Virus record (IMG/VR): IMGVR_UViG_3300032233_001013
Coordinates: 1-25,771 of that record
Source of the DNA: a virus
Taxonomy: Duplodnaviria; Caudoviricetes
Length of the DNA: 25,771 nt
Strand: one strand, 5' to 3'
Shown here: positions 23,571-25,771 of the stretch, piece by piece
Numbering within the stretch: the first letter of the stretch is position 1
Layout: every line of letters begins with the position of its first letter
Made by a program: the position numbers and the translations under genes
The notes under the pieces: generated by a model
What the model was told of the DNA's origin: nothing
The model's input: only the letters and a program-made list of their open reading frames with translations
Database searches by the model: none

Positions 23571-24455
23571 ATGAGCAACATTGCACTTTTGAACCAAGAC
23601 CTGCCTGACTTCCTGCAAACCGCTGGCGTCAGTGATCTAACCAAAGCCCTCGCTGGCAAGAGCGGCGTTAAGCGCATCGTGCCCAAGAACGGCATCTTCC
23701 GCAAGATGGTCGGCGGCGAAGAGATGGGTAAAGTTAAAGGCGACCTTGAAGTCGTCATCGTGAGCGCATCGCCTAAAGTCGGTCGTATCTTTTATATAAA
23801 GCCTTGGACTCCAGACTCTGAGCCGAGCGCCCCAGATTGCTTCTCTAATGACGGCGTAGCACCTGACGCTGGTTCTGTTTCTCCGCAAGCTAGCCGCTGC
23901 GACACCTGCGGTCAGAACATTAAAGGTTCGGGCCAAGGCACTTCTAAGGCTTGCCGCTACTCACGCCGTATTGCTGTGAACTTGGTGGAAGACTTTGGTA
24001 CTTCCTTGGAAGGTGAAGTCTATCAACTGAACTTGGCCTCGAAGTCCTTGTTCGGTGACGGCACTGCCGACAACACCCACACTTTTGAGAACTACACCAA
24101 GTACTTGGCCAACAACGGCAAGAGCTTGGACTATGTTGTGACCACGCTGAGCTTTAACGAGAACAACGACAACCAGTCCATCCTGTTCACACCTGCTCGG
24201 TTCATCAACAAAGACCAGTACGCAGTGACGAGCGAAGTTGCCAAGAAACCAGAAGTGCAGAAGATGGTCACCATGACTCCGTACCAAGCGGATATGGCTG
24301 GCCGTGCTCCTGCTCTGGCCGCTCCTGTTCCGAAAGCTGCTGCCGCAGCGGTTGCCGAGCCGGTCAAACGAGAAAGCACTAAAGCTGCTACACCTACCCC
24401 CACTGTGAAGAAGGGTCTGGATGACGTGGTTAAGGCTTGGTCTGACGAGGAGTAA
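23571..24455 (+). CDS. Putative ssDNA-binding/annealing protein
   Basis: Four Cys (PDCFS, CDTC, ACRY), Ala/Pro linker, acidic tail WSDEE; function inferred from tail and context. Confidence 0.55.
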   Translation: MSNIALLNQDLPDFLQTAGVSDLTKALAGKSGVKRIVPKNGIFRKMVGGEEMGKVKGDLEVVIVSASPKVGRIFYIKPWTPDSEPSAPDCFSNDGVAPDAGSVSPQASRCDTCGQNIKGSGQGTSKACRYSRRIAVNLVEDFGTSLEGEVYQLNLASKSLFGDGTADNTHTFENYTKYLANNGKSLDYVVTTLSFNENNDNQSILFTPARFINKDQYAVTSEVAKKPEVQKMVTMTPYQADMAGRAPALAAPVPKAAAAAVAEPVKRESTKAATPTPTVKKGLDDVVKAWSDEE

Positions 24456-24458
24456 GCG

Positions 24459-24698
24459 ATGAGCTACGGATACAGCTTCCAACTTGTCGAGGCCAATAAG
24501 GCGGCAGATGATGAGTCGTGGGGCGTTGTCCTTGGGCGTACTTGCATAAAACTCAACATTCCTGTGAGCGAGATAGCTGGGAAACTCGATGTGAGTCGAG
24601 CCACCATCTACAACTGGTTCTGGGGGACAACCTCCCCCAGCCGTGCCCACTGTGAACGTATCGAGCGTTTGCTTCCGCGCCTCAAGGCGAAAAAATAA
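24459..24698 (+). CDS. Cro/CI-like HTH protein
   Basis: VSEIAGKLDVSRATIYNWFWG helix-turn-helix. Confidence 0.85.
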   Translation: MSYGYSFQLVEANKAADDESWGVVLGRTCIKLNIPVSEIAGKLDVSRATIYNWFWGTTSPSRAHCERIERLLPRLKAKK

Positions 24699-24712
24699 AT
24701 CCGTGCGCGTAC

Positions 24713-24728
24713 GGGGGCTTCGGCCCCC
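24713..24728 (+). promoter_or_regulatory. cUUCGg tetraloop hairpin upstream of the primase
   Basis: GGGGGC-TTCG-GCCCCC with no T tail. Confidence 0.6.
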
Positions 24729-24755
24729 TGCGTAGCCGTCCCTAAAAGAAAAGAT

Positions 24756-25771
24756 ATGTCTAACTTTGACCTTCTCGACACTGTACTGCCAGCCGCTGGC
24801 CGGTACTCTGTGCTTGGGCTTGGGAAATACGCAGACCAGAAGTTTTTTGATACGAGGGAAGAGGTAGAGGCACAGGCTAAGAAGCTGGTGGGCAACAGAT
24901 TTGATGTGTATTTTGGGTGCGCCAAGTACGGCCCTTTGAACAAACGCACAGCAGATAACGCCATACATTTCCGCGCACTGTGGATGGACATTGACTGCGG
25001 CCCGACCAAGGGCGTACCTGATGAGAAGGGCATTATCAAAGGGTATCTCACGCAGCAAATCGGCTTGGATGAGCTAAAGAAGTTCTGCATAGCCGCAGGT
25101 ATGCCCCGCCCAATCATGGTCAGTTCAGGTTACGGCGTACACGCCTACTGGCTGATTGACGAAACTATTGAGCGCCGCGACTGGCTCCCCCTTGCAAACC
25201 GCCTACGTGAACTGTGTGTTGAGCACGGTCTCATTGTGGATTCTTCCGTATTTGAAGCAGCACGAGTCCTGCGTATCCCCGGCACGTTGAATTTTAAGCA
25301 AGCCGAACCGATGGAAGTCACAGTTCTCAACGAGAACACACAGACTCTGACGTACACCCAATGGAAAGAACTGCTCGGCGCTGCCGAACCCATTGACGAC
25401 AAACCTGATTTTTTACCGTCCATCAGCCCAATGATGGAAGCCTTGATGCAGAACAAGGTCAAGCGGTTTAAGACCATTATGATGAAAGCGGAGAACGGCT
25501 GCGCCCAGCTTAACTACTGCTTTCAAAACCAAGATTCGATTGAGGAACCGTTGTGGCGCTCAGCCCTGTCTATTGCTGCGTTCTGCGTGGACAAAGACAA
25601 AGCCGCGCACATGATGTCGAGTCAGTACCCCGGGTACAACCCAGCGGAGGTGGACAAAAAGGTCGCCGAGTTGGTTGCAAGCGCTGGCCCCCATCACTGC
25701 CTGACATTCGAGAAGATCAACCCAACTGGCTGCGTAGGTTGCCCCCACAAAGGCAGGATTAAATCCCCAAT
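24756..25771 (+). CDS. Primase (RepB/AEP-like), N-terminal part; runs off the right edge
   Basis: Not in ORF track. ATG 24756; LWMDID, SSGYGVHAYW, RVLRIPGT motifs, then EPLWRSALSIA and a Cys cluster (HCLTF...GCVGCPH). Confidence 0.88.
   Translation, partial: MSNFDLLDTVLPAAGRYSVLGLGKYADQKFFDTREEVEAQAKKLVGNRFDVYFGCAKYGPLNKRTADNAIHFRALWMDIDCGPTKGVPDEKGIIKGYLTQQIGLDELKKFCIAAGMPRPIMVSSGYGVHAYWLIDETIERRDWLPLANRLRELCVEHGLIVDSSVFEAARVLRIPGTLNFKQAEPMEVTVLNENTQTLTYTQWKELLGAAEPIDDKPDFLPSISPMMEALMQNKVKRFKTIMMKAENGCAQLNYCFQNQDSIEEPLWRSALSIAAFCVDKDKAAHMMSSQYPGYNPAEVDKKVAELVASAGPHHCLTFEKINPTGCVGCPHKGRIKSP

Noticed and set aside
23961-25058. 365-aa minus-strand ORF
   Set aside because: Antisense to three well-supported plus-strand genes and has no recognisable motifs.

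Overview
A segment of a tailed dsDNA phage genome with two divergent arms. The leftward arm is the packaging module: partial portal, large terminase, probable small terminase and an HNH endonuclease. A G-tract-rich intergenic region follows. The rightward arm starts with early genes under near-consensus sigma70 promoters: many small ORFs, an AT-rich repeat region resembling an origin, a DksA/TraR-like zinc finger, an AAA+ ATPase, a HExxH-VWA protein, a DUF3150-like protein and a HicA-like/RHH pair. It continues into a replication module: VRR-NUC nuclease, family A DNA polymerase, PD-(D/E)XK nuclease, HNH, SNF2-type helicase, putative SSB, HTH protein and partial primase. The main unexplained signal is the palindrome CTAAC-N3/4-GTTAG, found 17 times by eye. 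Sixteen copies lie between 3.3 and 12.9 kb, at gene junctions and inside genes in two reading frames. Two candidate structured RNAs, a second palindrome over -35 boxes and shared gene-junction repeats are also present. All protein family calls come from motif recognition by eye; no searches were run.
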